Shown piece by piece: positions 25,446-35,283 of a DNA stretch of 64,000 bases; positions within the stretch are counted from its first letter, which is position 1, and each line of letters opens with the position of its first letter. Source of the DNA: Phycisphaerae bacterium (GTDB lineage Bacteria > Planctomycetota > Phycisphaerae > UBA1845). A model generated the notes under the pieces. That model was not told the origin of the DNA. It was given only the letters and a program-made list of their open reading frames with translations, and searched no databases. The translations under genes and the position numbers were made by a program. The stretch spans positions 448,001 through 512,000 of the forward strand of contig CAXXGO010000001.1 in NCBI GenBank assembly GCA_963666835.2, in the 5' to 3' direction.

Positions 25446-26927
25446 TTACTTAGGGGAGTCGATTCCCCCCGCCTCCATGTTTTGTGACAGTGACGAGTCA
25501 CTGTCACACGATGCCGAAAACGGCCCTGAGAGGTCCAGAACGGACCTTTCGGGGTCTTTTTCTTTGGCCGCTTTTCTCGGCGAAATGTCCTGAGATGACT
25601 GCTTAATACCCTGAGATGAACCGGATCGCGCCATGCATGGCGCCATGCGCAAACGGGGGTCGGCGGCATCGTCCGTGAAGGCCGGCGCGCCGTCGGTACC
25701 GGTTGCGCGTGCCCTTTCGCTCTTGCGATCGTTCGGCTGAATTCGCGGCAGCTTCGCCGATGCGCCGTGGGTGTTGATCAGACGCGGGTCGGTGTACACT
25801 CTTGTCGTCAGCCGCATATCCGTGTGCCGCATCAGCTCCATGGCTTCGCGAATGTCGACCTTGCTTGTGGCCAGCAACGTGCCGAAGGTCGTCCGCAGAG
25901 CGTGAAGGTCGAGCTTGCCACCGTCCACCACGCACTCGATGCCAGCCCGCTTGAGGTCGTTCTTGAACGTGCTGGACTTTGGGATCGACGAGAACACCCG
26001 GTCAGTCGGCCGGAAATCGCCAGGCCGGTGCGCCTCCAAGGCCTCGGCGAGCTCCGGGTTGATCGGAAGCGTGTCCGCTCGCTTGGATTTCGTCGTCGCA
26101 GCCCGCAGGGCGATCCGCGGAGGCGAGCTGTCGAGGAGCACGTCGCGCCATTCGAGGAGCCGAAGTTCCTTGCGGCGAAGGCCGGTAAGCACGGCCGTAA
26201 GGTAGACTATGGAGCGTTTCCCGGACATCTGCAGTAACCGCTGCAGTTCCTCGATTGTGGCCGCCCGCCGTACGCATCGCGGCTCTATGACATTCGCCTT
26301 GGCCACCGTGGCCACCGGATTCCGCTCAAGCCGTCGCTGCGCCACACACCAGTTGCAGAACGCGATCGTTGTCTCCAGATAGTGATTGGCGGTCCGCTCG
26401 CCCAACCCGCGGCGGATGTCGAGCCCCATCCATCGGGTCAGCCCGTCCGGCGTAATGCTGCCCAGGGAGACCCACCGGAGCTCCTTGCAGAGGCGTTTGA
26501 TGCGGCTGCTGACCTTGCGGATGTAGTCGGGGGAACGATTCACCCGCTCCAGGTCCGCGATCCACGCCGCGATGTGCTCTTCAACCGGGGCATTCGTGTG
26601 ATCCACCGACACATCGATGATCCCCGCCCGCTGCCGATCAACTTGCCGCTCGATCTCCGCGAGACGCTGCATCGTCGCCCGCTTATCCGTGTAGCCGGCC
26701 GTCCGCCGAGTTCGCCCCTGGGCGTCCTTGTACTCAATCGTCCAGCGGGACGATTCCCGGTAGACGGGGTTGCTGTGCGCATCGAGCAGAGGTTCGCGTT
26801 GGGGCGTCTTGATCCGGGTACCGGCGTTCTTACCCTTGGTGGCCGTTCGCTCGACCATGACGGGCCGGCCCTTGGCGTCCCTAACGACCCGCATCTTCGG
26901 GTACTTGGCCTTGAAGATCCTGCTCAT
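25446..26927 (-). CDS. Tyrosine recombinase/integrase
   Basis: TGLRRKEL, TTKSK, LHALRTT, LMRHTD, RVYT catalytic motifs. Confidence 0.95.
   Translation of the reverse strand: MSRIFKAKYPKMRVVRDAKGRPVMVERTATKGKNAGTRIKTPQREPLLDAHSNPVYRESSRWTIEYKDAQGRTRRTAGYTDKRATMQRLAEIERQVDRQRAGIIDVSVDHTNAPVEEHIAAWIADLERVNRSPDYIRKVSSRIKRLCKELRWVSLGSITPDGLTRWMGLDIRRGLGERTANHYLETTIAFCNWCVAQRRLERNPVATVAKANVIEPRCVRRAATIEELQRLLQMSGKRSIVYLTAVLTGLRRKELRLLEWRDVLLDSSPPRIALRAATTKSKRADTLPINPELAEALEAHRPGDFRPTDRVFSSIPKSSTFKNDLKRAGIECVVDGGKLDLHALRTTFGTLLATSKVDIREAMELMRHTDMRLTTRVYTDPRLINTHGASAKLPRIQPNDRKSERARATGTDGAPAFTDDAADPRLRMAPCMARSGSSQGIKQSSQDISPRKAAKEKDPERSVLDLSGPFSASCDSDSSLSQNMEAGGIDSPK
25454..25477 (+). other. att core: isolated 3'-end fragment of tmRNA or tRNA
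   Basis: GGGAGTCGATTCCCCCCGCCTCCA resembles a T-arm plus acceptor end; overlapped by the integrase C-terminus (MEAGGIDSP); no intact RNA gene upstream. Confidence 0.65.
25483..25565 (+). terminator. Perfect 12-bp inverted repeat plus rho-independent terminator after att
   Basis: TGTGACAGTGAC-GA-GTCACTGTCACA; CCCTGAGAGGTCC-AGAAC-GGACCTTTCGGGG followed by TCTTTTTCTTT. Confidence 0.6.
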
Positions 26928-26930
26928 GTT

Positions 26931-27161
26931 CTACTTCCTCTTGGATCCGATTGGGCGCAGCTCGAGTTCGAGGACCTCGCACAGCCGCTCGACGTTCGAC
27001 AGGGCGATGTCCCGGTCCGTCGCCATGAAGCGGTGGATGGTGCTGTAGGGAATCCCGGTCCGCTTCGCGAGTTCGTACCGCGTCAAGCCACTCTCGACAA
27101 ACGCCCTGCGGATCCGATCCCCAATCCCGACGTGTCGTTTCTTTTTGCTCATGTCCTTCAT
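26931..27161 (-). CDS. XRE-family HTH regulator
   Basis: GLTRYELAKRTGIPYSTIHRF..LSNVERLCEVL. Confidence 0.85.
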   Translation of the reverse strand: MKDMSKKKRHVGIGDRIRRAFVESGLTRYELAKRTGIPYSTIHRFMATDRDIALSNVERLCEVLELELRPIGSKRK

Positions 27162-27794
27162 GATATCGCCTTTAGCATACAAATCAAGCCCCTTCCGCCC
27201 GGGCAACCGACGAGGGCCGGTCCGGGGAGAGGCTGGGATCAGAGTCATCATCCGCGTCCCGAATCGACTCATGCTCGGTCGAGCATCCGGCACACGGTGG
27301 CGGAGCCGCCGCTTCCCCGACCCATTCGGGCGGTTGGCGCCGGGCATTCGTCTCCGCACCCTCCAACCGATCGGCCTCTGCGAACAGCCGTGCAGACTCC
27401 ACCTCGTCGATGTCCATGAGCTGTACCGCTTGCTGCCGGAGCGTTCTCGCTGGGCTGGGCGAGCGTAGCGGAACGAGCCGAAGGCTCTCGGCCTCGATGC
27501 CTTGCGGGATGTCCCCCTTCGCCACCACCTCGGCCCGGGATGGGGTAGTCCGGCCTGACGCACGGACACGGCCTGCGGCTATCGCAGCCGTACGGTCTCC
27601 CCCGCAACCCGCGTCCACCGTCGCGTTTCGGCCGGAAGCTCCGGCATGCCCCCGAGTCTTCGAATCGCTGGGGGGATCGTCGCGGGTCATGCGGCCCGGA
27701 TCATCAGCCGACTCGGAACAGGAAGCCCGTGACGTAGCTACGGCTCCTTCGCGCCCAGCCCGCAACATCCGCAATCTTCGTAGCGAGTCATTCA

Positions 27795-30263
27795 TCAACA
27801 GTCTCCCTGCGCAGAATGCGCACAATGCGCAGAATCGCCCACCGAAACCGGATTGTGCGCATTCTGAGTATTGTGCGCATGGGCCACCGGATTCACCTCG
27901 TACGTCGGACTGGGCTTCCTGCCAGGACCAGCACTCTCTCGCGGTCGCTCGCGGATGTAGAGGTGTTCCTCAAGTATTGCCAACGGGGCGTCGGTTTCCT
28001 TGGCCTGACGCACAGTGCCCCGCAAGCGAAGGAAGGCGTCGCGTTTCGTGAACTCGGTTACGCCTTCCTTGACAAGCCAGTCAAGGATGCGACGCGCGAG
28101 CGAGATTGCCGGGTCCGTCCCCATCTCGAAGTAGGCCGCTCGGGCATGCTCGACGGCGTACTCCCCGATGGCTATGGCGCTGCGCATCGTCTCCGCGTCG
28201 ATTTCGAAGCTGGAGGGACTCCCCGTCGACGCATGGATAAGGCCGTGGAAGATACCGGCGATACGGCAGACCGCCCCGGGTAGTTTAGTGCCCCAGTCGC
28301 GTATCGCGGACATCGCTTGTCCCTCACGCAGCTCATTCTCGACTCGTTGCCGGAAGTCATCCAACTCCTCGATCGCGTCCGCGCTGAGGCGGATTATATG
28401 GGCACATGGTCTGCCAGAGTTGTCGGTAGCAGGCTGGAGTCTCAGCGCTGTGCGAATCCCGTCAGCGTACCGCCGAGCAACGCTCGGTGGTACGGGCATG
28501 GCGCGAAGGCTCCGATGCCCTACCCGTGATCGTGGCATCGAGTACAGGAACCGACCCAGAACGCCACGACCTCGAAAGCCCTTCTTCTCCATCAGGCCCC
28601 GGAGCACTTCCGGCTGTACTGCCAGGCCAACAGTCAGGGCCGGATGTTGGACGTACTCGGGGGGGCGGTCCTTGCTGACGCGGTCGACGCGAATGTCGTC
28701 ACCTGCATGGCCCTTGAGGTATACACCGAGATTCGGCTGCCCGCTCGTGCCGTACCTTCCAGCCATCAGGTCGAACGTATCGCCCTCGGGCGAGAGCAGG
28801 GCTATGCGGCCAGCCTGCTCGTGAAGAAGGCGGGAGACCGCTTCCGGCGTCGCGTCATCGGCACAGTACCGCGGTGCCCGCAAGACCTCCAGATTACGGA
28901 GTTCTTCCTTCAGTTCGAAGGCCTTTTTCTTGGCTTCTTCCTGTTCCTCCGGCTTACTCGCCTTGGCCGCCTTCGTCTCGGCGTCCTTGAGCCTATTGGC
29001 GAGAATCACCCGTTCGGATTCGTTCCTTGCGATGTCCGGCGCAAGACGTTCAGCCTCTTCTCGCTCAAACTCCGACAATGGCCTAGTGATGGCGCCGAAC
29101 ACGGCACTCTTTCGTTCACCGGGTTCCATGGCCACGGCAACAAACAGATTCACGGGCTCATGCCAATCGCCCACTACAACGATCTCTACCCGCTTCGCCA
29201 ACGCCGCGGCGCCGACTGCCAGCACCAGCATTCCCGGAAGATCGGGTGGGACCTGATATGATTCGGCAACGGCCGCGCAGTAATCCCGCAGCCACTCCAA
29301 CTTAGAAGGGAACTCCTCAAGCGGAAACTCCGGGAGATCGAAATGGCCAAGTGGAACGGGAGGTTCCCACGAAATTGGCCCTACGACCTCCGCCTCCACC
29401 TCGTCGACTAACTTCAACAGCTCAGCACGGATCGCCTCGTTATCGAGGCCGGCCTCGCGGCGGGCCGCGATGAACTCCACGGCGTCCCCTTTCTCGGGCA
29501 GACCGGGCAACGTGATCTCCTTGATCACGGGGCGAGGTTCCAGCTCGTTCAACAGCCGGAAAACGTCGTCAGCATACCGTTCGCCCGAGCTGTCGTTGTC
29601 TGGCGAGAGCACGACCTCTTTGCCACGTAGCGGTGACCAGTCCGTTTTGCCTGCCGCCTGGCTACCACCCGCACACGTGGTCGCCACCAGGCCCAACTCG
29701 CGCAACGCATCGGCCGCCTTCTCGCCCTCGGTCACGAACACCAGATCCGCATCTGCCAGCTCCGACAGAGCGTACAGCGGGCGGGGCACCGGCATTGCGC
29801 CGATGCCCCAGCCCTTGCCGTTCCGGGCGACGGGGCGAATCTCCTTCCCGCCGTCGCGATCCCAGCGAACCACTACGCCCACCGGCTTACCTTGGCTATT
29901 CGTATAGGTCCACGTCCGTGACCTGGGGCCGAGCTGGCCTTCAAGCGTCTCGACCACTGCCTCAGCGGTCTCGTACGCACGTGCGGATCGCACGGCCCGG
30001 GCCGCCCTACCGTGTGCGTCACTGGGATCGTCGGGCATCAGGTCGGACATCTCCAAACCGAGGGCCTTTACGACCTTTTCCGCCGGGCAGCCGGCGTGGC
30101 AGCGAACCAGCACCCGCCCATCGTCACCGGCTGCAATCGAGAGGCTCGGGTGATTGTCGTCGTGAGCCGGGCAACACGACTGCCACCCATCACCGCACGC
30201 CTTCGGCTTACGGCCGGTCACCTGCTCGATCGCGGCCAGCACGTTGTCCACGGCACTACTCAT
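27795..30263 (-). CDS. Primase-like replication protein: Zn finger, TOPRIM, DUF3987/YfjI-like NTPase
   Basis: CPAHDD..PSLS..CHAGC; VTEGEKAADA..PDND; PGERKS, DDATPEA, GVLGRFL. Confidence 0.85.
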   Translation of the reverse strand: MSSAVDNVLAAIEQVTGRKPKACGDGWQSCCPAHDDNHPSLSIAAGDDGRVLVRCHAGCPAEKVVKALGLEMSDLMPDDPSDAHGRAARAVRSARAYETAEAVVETLEGQLGPRSRTWTYTNSQGKPVGVVVRWDRDGGKEIRPVARNGKGWGIGAMPVPRPLYALSELADADLVFVTEGEKAADALRELGLVATTCAGGSQAAGKTDWSPLRGKEVVLSPDNDSSGERYADDVFRLLNELEPRPVIKEITLPGLPEKGDAVEFIAARREAGLDNEAIRAELLKLVDEVEAEVVGPISWEPPVPLGHFDLPEFPLEEFPSKLEWLRDYCAAVAESYQVPPDLPGMLVLAVGAAALAKRVEIVVVGDWHEPVNLFVAVAMEPGERKSAVFGAITRPLSEFEREEAERLAPDIARNESERVILANRLKDAETKAAKASKPEEQEEAKKKAFELKEELRNLEVLRAPRYCADDATPEAVSRLLHEQAGRIALLSPEGDTFDLMAGRYGTSGQPNLGVYLKGHAGDDIRVDRVSKDRPPEYVQHPALTVGLAVQPEVLRGLMEKKGFRGRGVLGRFLYSMPRSRVGHRSLRAMPVPPSVARRYADGIRTALRLQPATDNSGRPCAHIIRLSADAIEELDDFRQRVENELREGQAMSAIRDWGTKLPGAVCRIAGIFHGLIHASTGSPSSFEIDAETMRSAIAIGEYAVEHARAAYFEMGTDPAISLARRILDWLVKEGVTEFTKRDAFLRLRGTVRQAKETDAPLAILEEHLYIRERPRESAGPGRKPSPTYEVNPVAHAHNTQNAHNPVSVGDSAHCAHSAQGDC

Positions 30264-30768
30264 ACTTGGCCTCTCTGTCATTCCTGGACCGCCGCGCCGC
30301 CGGTCGGCCATCAAACCACCCGGCACCCCAGCTCGACTTCCCGCGATCAACGCCGCCGCGCGGGAACGGCGAGTGCTTGCTTGCGGAGGCTCGGGGAAGC
30401 GGCGACTTGTGGGCCCAATGCCTGGGCGGAACCGTTTTGGAGCTGGCGGGGCGCATATGGAGACACTCTGTGGCATCTTCCTGGCACTGCTGTGCCGCCA
30501 AGAGGCGGTCGAGCAGCCTTTGCAGGGACCTCCCGAAGAACGAAATACGCAGGTCATCGCCATGCTCCAGGGCGCGGGACAAGCGGTCGATGAGCATACC
30601 TGCGAGACGTTCATCACTGCCTGCCCAGCCATCCGAATCTTCCAGATGCTGCCGGGCTAGGAGTAGCACGCTCCAAGGGCTTCTGGTACAGTTCGGTTGA
30701 TTGGTATTGCCAAGGCCCTGACCCGCCGTGCCACCGGCGACAGGGCCGTTTTTTGTGTCATTCAACAT
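30256..30768 (-). CDS. Hypothetical protein
   Basis: ORF packed between the AlpA-like gene and the primase, overlapping both; no motif recognised. Confidence 0.4.
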   Translation of the reverse strand: MLNDTKNGPVAGGTAGQGLGNTNQPNCTRSPWSVLLLARQHLEDSDGWAGSDERLAGMLIDRLSRALEHGDDLRISFFGRSLQRLLDRLLAAQQCQEDATECLHMRPASSKTVPPRHWAHKSPLPRASASKHSPFPRGGVDRGKSSWGAGWFDGRPAARRSRNDREAKYE

Positions 30769-30994
30769 CTTCTTGGTCCTTTCGAATTCTGTCCCATGTT
30801 GCCCGATCCGGCGCACCGGCCCGGATCCAGTCTTTCACCTCTTGAACCGAGAACCGCACCGACCTGCCGAAACGCAGAGCCTGCGGGCCGAGCTTTCCGT
30901 TGCTCTGCATCCGGCGAAGGTGTCGTAGACTGATGCCCATGGCGTCGGCTAACTGGCTCGCGTCCATGGCGAGGGTCTGTTCGTTCTCACCCAT
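30758..30994 (-). CDS. AlpA/excisionase-like HTH protein
   Basis: ASQLADAMGISLRHLRRM..GKLGP..LRFGRSVRFSVQEVKDWI. Confidence 0.85.
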   Translation of the reverse strand: MGENEQTLAMDASQLADAMGISLRHLRRMQSNGKLGPQALRFGRSVRFSVQEVKDWIRAGAPDRATWDRIRKDQEDVE

Positions 30995-31282
30995 CCCTGA
31001 TCTCCTTGTCTTGTCGCACGTCGTGTGAAACCTGTTGCGTTGGAGTTTGTTCCCGACAGCCGTGAGTCCCGACTGGGCCGCGAGGTGGACTTCGACCGCG
31101 GGAACCGGAGTCAGGGCGGATGGAGGTCGAGCACGATGCCGAAGCCTGCCGGTCTTGCCCGTTCTTCGTGAACGCGTTCGCAACGAGGTTTGCGGAGATA
31201 CCGTCTGTTCGGTATGATGTATCCATCTTGATTCTCCTTACGACGGCCGCACGCTTTGCCTGGGCAGCGGCCGTCGTAGTAT

Positions 31283-31582
31283 CTAAAGTCCCATTTTTTC
31301 CAGTTGCTTGTCCGCTCTGTCGATCGCGCGGCGCCGTTCGGCGCTCGCCCGTCCAGCTGGTGTCGGTTGCGGCTTGGTCAGGCCGTCGCAGAACCGCTGC
31401 AGGGCCTCGAGGCTGGTGCAGAGAACCCCGCCGACCTGGATGGTCTCGAGCACCTCCCCGCGAACACCGCGCTGGGCCCAGCGGTAGAGTGTGGATACGT
31501 GCGGCTTCTTCCCCCGCCGGGTGGGCAGGTGCTTCGTGGCCTCGGTCAGCGACATTACGGTTTCGGTCTTCAGGTCGATCAT
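31283..31582 (-). CDS. DUF1580-like DNA-binding protein
   Basis: SLTEATKHLP..KPHVSTLYRWAQRGVRG..LET..VGG..TSLEALQRF. Confidence 0.8.
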   Translation of the reverse strand: MIDLKTETVMSLTEATKHLPTRRGKKPHVSTLYRWAQRGVRGEVLETIQVGGVLCTSLEALQRFCDGLTKPQPTPAGRASAERRRAIDRADKQLEKMGL

Positions 31583-31930
31583 GTTTTTTCCTCGCACGGT
31601 CAGGCTGCCAAGCCTTCTGTAGGAAGTGTGCATCACCGATCCATGTGCGGCCTACGTGTCTTTTTCCGCTCATCTCCGCACAAAACGGGCCCGAAACGCA
31701 CGTGTGCTGGCGCGGAAGACACAGGATGTGCCGAAGATTCGCGAGTCTTGCTGAGAAACGCACAAGGTGAGGCCGGGAGGCAAAAAACGGGCCGGCTCAC
31801 GCACAACCCGAATGAACGCGTGGTTCAACCATGGCGTTCACTGGCAAGGGCATGAACGTGGACCATCGGCGTCGTCGAGTGGATGAGGTATGGCGTGGGG
31901 CGTGGGTTTGTCAGAATCTGGCGAGGGCTA

Positions 31931-33451
31931 CTACTCTTCGATCCGAATCTCCTCTGGTGACAAGTCAAGGCTCACGCCCTGCCCGGGCCTCCTCTGTACG
32001 AGATCCAGGATTGGCTTCGGCGTCTTCTTGACGATCAGATCGGGCCTTTCTTTTGAGGTCGGTCCACCCCTCTTCAGTTGGTCGGTTGGTACATACTCTC
32101 CGGGACACTGTGCGAGCACCTGGAGGATCTCCATCTGACGTTTCGTGACTCTGTGCTCTTGTCCGTCGAGCATGATCTTCCTACGCTTGGTGTAGATGAT
32201 CATTCGCGGCTTCCTCCACGGAGTAGTTTCTGCAAACCTGTCCTTGGGCGGGCCATGCTCAATCACGACGTTGTCGATTACCGGGCTGGTTCCTGGCAGC
32301 ATGTGAGTTCCCGATACGTGGACTTCCTGTTCCTCCAACTGTTGCCAGATCGTGTCGACAACGTCTGCGGGCGTGGGAGAGGCCAATCGGCCCAACACGA
32401 TGTTCGCGACCTCGTGCCGGGCCGAATGTCTGAGGCTCGCAGCTAAGTGCCTCAACAGCGACTGGAAGCGATCATCGCTGTGTGCACCGTACCGTTCAGC
32501 GGATCCTGCAACCAGTAGTCTGACGAGCTCGTCGAACCTCGCACCCGTTGGAGGCCACGCCACGAGCTCGGCGTGATCGCGCGCCGCCTGCGTGGTTTCG
32601 TTGTCCGGGATTCGTTCGATGCGTTGCGCAAGGGGGATTCTGCAGTTTGCGAGGTAGCTGAGTACTGCCCTACGTACGCGCGTTGCGACGTGCCTTTCGT
32701 CTGGCGGGTAGAATCCGTTGAGACTGCGGGCGTTGCTATCGATCTCCGTCCAATAGGTCTTGTATGCGGTCAAACCGCGTCGCGTGAGGGAGATGAGCCC
32801 GGCGCCTTCCAGGGGGCCGGTGCTTGCTATGGAAATATGGCCCAGCAGGGCCAACAACTGCATCCCCACCGAGAAGACAGCGGGTTCTTCACCACCGTTG
32901 CTCCACGCGTACATGTTGAGAAGCTCTCGTCGCGTGACCTCGCCGTGGATGTTGACGCGCGGATCGAATGCGGGTTGGACAGAAGGTGCTTGTGGGTTGG
33001 CTCCCTTGGACATGGCCAACGCGTCGCCCAGGGCCGCGAGGATCGAGGGAGCGCAGTCCACCGCGAGTGAGCTGCCCGAGGCTGCCAGAGCTGGCGGACG
33101 TCGCGACGTTTGGCTCAGGCCTGGACAGAGAGCGTTCCCGATCCGATCTTGGCCATAGGCATACCAGCCATCCGGCGTTACCGTGAGTTGGTCTTTGCGA
33201 CGCTCCAACCACCCCTGATCGACTGCATGTCGCAGCGCCTCTTCCATTAGCGGAGGTTCGATTTGCGGGTTGCCACGTCTTCTGGCCTCGGCCTCGCAAT
33301 CCTCGAAGATTTCTTTCCGACGGACCGCGTCAGAATCCGCGTTACTGCGCAACTTGGCCACAGTCATGTGAACGATCAGTCTGGTGAGACCATTGCAGCA
33401 GCAGTAGTGATGCGTTGGAACGCGGTCCATTGATAGTCTCCCCTCGGCCAC
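31931..33451 (-). CDS. Hypothetical protein with C-terminal winged-helix (OmpR-like) domain
   Basis: LDGQEHRVTKRQMEILQVLAQCPGEYVPTDQL; start uncertain. Confidence 0.55.
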   Translation of the reverse strand: MAEGRLSMDRVPTHHYCCCNGLTRLIVHMTVAKLRSNADSDAVRRKEIFEDCEAEARRRGNPQIEPPLMEEALRHAVDQGWLERRKDQLTVTPDGWYAYGQDRIGNALCPGLSQTSRRPPALAASGSSLAVDCAPSILAALGDALAMSKGANPQAPSVQPAFDPRVNIHGEVTRRELLNMYAWSNGGEEPAVFSVGMQLLALLGHISIASTGPLEGAGLISLTRRGLTAYKTYWTEIDSNARSLNGFYPPDERHVATRVRRAVLSYLANCRIPLAQRIERIPDNETTQAARDHAELVAWPPTGARFDELVRLLVAGSAERYGAHSDDRFQSLLRHLAASLRHSARHEVANIVLGRLASPTPADVVDTIWQQLEEQEVHVSGTHMLPGTSPVIDNVVIEHGPPKDRFAETTPWRKPRMIIYTKRRKIMLDGQEHRVTKRQMEILQVLAQCPGEYVPTDQLKRGGPTSKERPDLIVKKTPKPILDLVQRRPGQGVSLDLSPEEIRIEE

Positions 33452-33816
33452 GCCGCGGCGGGAACACCGGGGCGACTCGTCGAAGTGACGAATAGGCTCG
33501 GCTGTCGCAACACGGCAGCAGGTGTTGCTGCTTCTTGTCGATTATCGCGCCGCCTTCAAAGGCGAGCGGATACTCCGTTAGCCGTATGTTAGCGCGGTCA
33601 CCAGGTCCGAGGATGCTACCGGTTTCTCACAGTGTTGCCAAGCGTCGCACCGCGAAGCATTAGCACGTTTGGCCCATTGCGGGGAGGTGATTCGTGTGTT
33701 AAGTGTGAACTCGTCTGCAGCCTACGGGGTCTTGCGACGCGGTCGTGCGCGAGCAGCCGCGTCCCGAGCGTGGATTCGATTGTCGCGCCGCATCGGTGCG
33801 AGTCGGAGGAGCCATC

Positions 33817-34182
33817 ATGAACAAACCACCGTCACCAAACGGTTCTAACGGTCAGCGGGATGCGGGAGGGCGATTTGTCAAGGGGAACAAGGGCGGGCCC
33901 GGGAATCCGCACGGTCAGCAGGTCGGGAGGATCCGGGCGATGATCCTCGAGGCCGTGACGGACGAGGACTACCGTGCGATCGTCTCGACCCTCGTCGACA
34001 AAGCCCGCGACGGCGACCTGGCCGCGATCAAGTTGCTGTTCGACCGCACCCTCGGCCACACGCCTGATCCGCAGTTGCTCGACTTGCAGGATTTCAAGGA
34101 ACGTGAGCTGGCTATTGCCAAGCAACGAGCCGAGGCGGCCATGGTAATGGCGGACGCGGCCGAGGAGAGGGCGTCATTCTAA
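33817..34182 (+). CDS. DUF5681/small-terminase-like protein
   Basis: RDAGGRFVKGNKGGPGNP..KARDGDLAAIKLLFDRTLG; GGAGG RBS. Confidence 0.65.
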   Translation: MNKPPSPNGSNGQRDAGGRFVKGNKGGPGNPHGQQVGRIRAMILEAVTDEDYRAIVSTLVDKARDGDLAAIKLLFDRTLGHTPDPQLLDLQDFKERELAIAKQRAEAAMVMADAAEERASF

Positions 34183-34261
34183 GACTGGAAGATCTTGACA
34201 ATTGTCGCACCGTACGGTCGGACAATGGTCAAGGTCAAGGCAGATAGCAGGAGCGACACTC

Positions 34262-34717
34262 ATGGAGAGTCAATTAGAGAACGCTGCGGCGCATATTACG
34301 AGGGAGATCCTCTCTGTCGCTCGCGATGCCGCTAGGGCCATTCTCGCCGAGGCGGACGATCACCCGACGATCATGGTGACTCCTGAGCTGATAAGAGCGC
34401 GGGATGAAGCCCTGATGTCGCTCATGGCCTCGGACAATCCGGGGATCGTGAGTAGGGGGCTGCGGGAGATGGCCTTTCTGAACCGGGAACGTGTGCACAT
34501 CCAGAAGATGGAATTGGACTTTGCCATAACGGCTACCAAGCTTGTCGTCGACCGCCTAGGCGTTCAATTGCTCAGGCAAGCCCAGGCGTCGCCACAACCG
34601 GCACGACTGGCCGCGGCGAAAAGCGACGAAGCCACCGCAGATGATGCGAAGATACTGCCCCTGCGGGATACCGGCGAAACCGCGCGAGCCGGATCCAATG
34701 CCAAGGCCGTGGCGTAG
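34262..34717 (+). CDS. Hypothetical helical protein
   Basis: AGGAG RBS and a protein-like ORF; no motif recognised. Confidence 0.5.
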   Translation: MESQLENAAAHITREILSVARDAARAILAEADDHPTIMVTPELIRARDEALMSLMASDNPGIVSRGLREMAFLNRERVHIQKMELDFAITATKLVVDRLGVQLLRQAQASPQPARLAAAKSDEATADDAKILPLRDTGETARAGSNAKAVA

Positions 34718-35152
34718 GACGGCAAGAAGCCGCGTAAACGGGTGGGCAAGGAGGCTGTTAAAGAAGGGGGCTGACGCCGAGCAGATTCCCGCTCACGGCT
34801 CCAACAGACGCTTTCGGCGAGTGCCCTGTACCCTTTTTCAATGCGTCTCGCGGCTGCCCGCTTGGCGATCCGTCATCAGCCGATCCGTCCAAAGGTGGGC
34901 CGGCAACAGCCAACGGCCCCCTGAGCATAACCATAGCAGGCCGTCACGAACGTCAAAGCCGAGTATCACGGCCTCGCGGGAATCGGAGGCCCGCCGCGTT
35001 GCGAAAGTCGCAGGACGGCCAATCTGATGGGCCCGGTGGGGGCACGCGCGGCGAGCTGGTCTTCCCAGGTCCACCCTCGCAGCCGTTGGACCCCCTCATG
35101 GCCGGTCGGTGTTTGAGCCGCCGCCACACGGCAGGAAAAACGGAATTCCGCT

Positions 35153-35210
35153 GAAGTAGTACTGTTTTCACTTGATGTCTTCGCCTGGCGTCCGGTATTA
35201 TGAGGGCTTG
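35153..35210 (+). promoter_or_regulatory. Conserved promoter element (other copies at about 37499-37556 and 46496-46553)
   Basis: AAGTAGTACTGTTTTCAC then TTGATG-18 nt-TATTAT. Confidence 0.6.
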
Positions 35211-35283
35211 CTCATCGCGCAGCCCCGGTCGGAGCTCTTCCGCCCTGGCGGCCGCGCGGGTCTCATCTTCCGGAGGATATGGT

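Larger units (their letters stand above)
25454..34717. mobile_element. Integrated phage-satellite-like element or genomic island core (right boundary not found)
   Basis: att fragment, tyrosine integrase, XRE HTH, primase-DUF3987, AlpA-like HTH, DUF1580-like; no capsid or tail genes recognised. Confidence 0.75.

Noticed and set aside
25100..25480. Intact tmRNA or tRNA gene
   Set aside because: Only about 24 nt of the 3' end is present, with an altered T-arm and no recognisable 5' acceptor strand.
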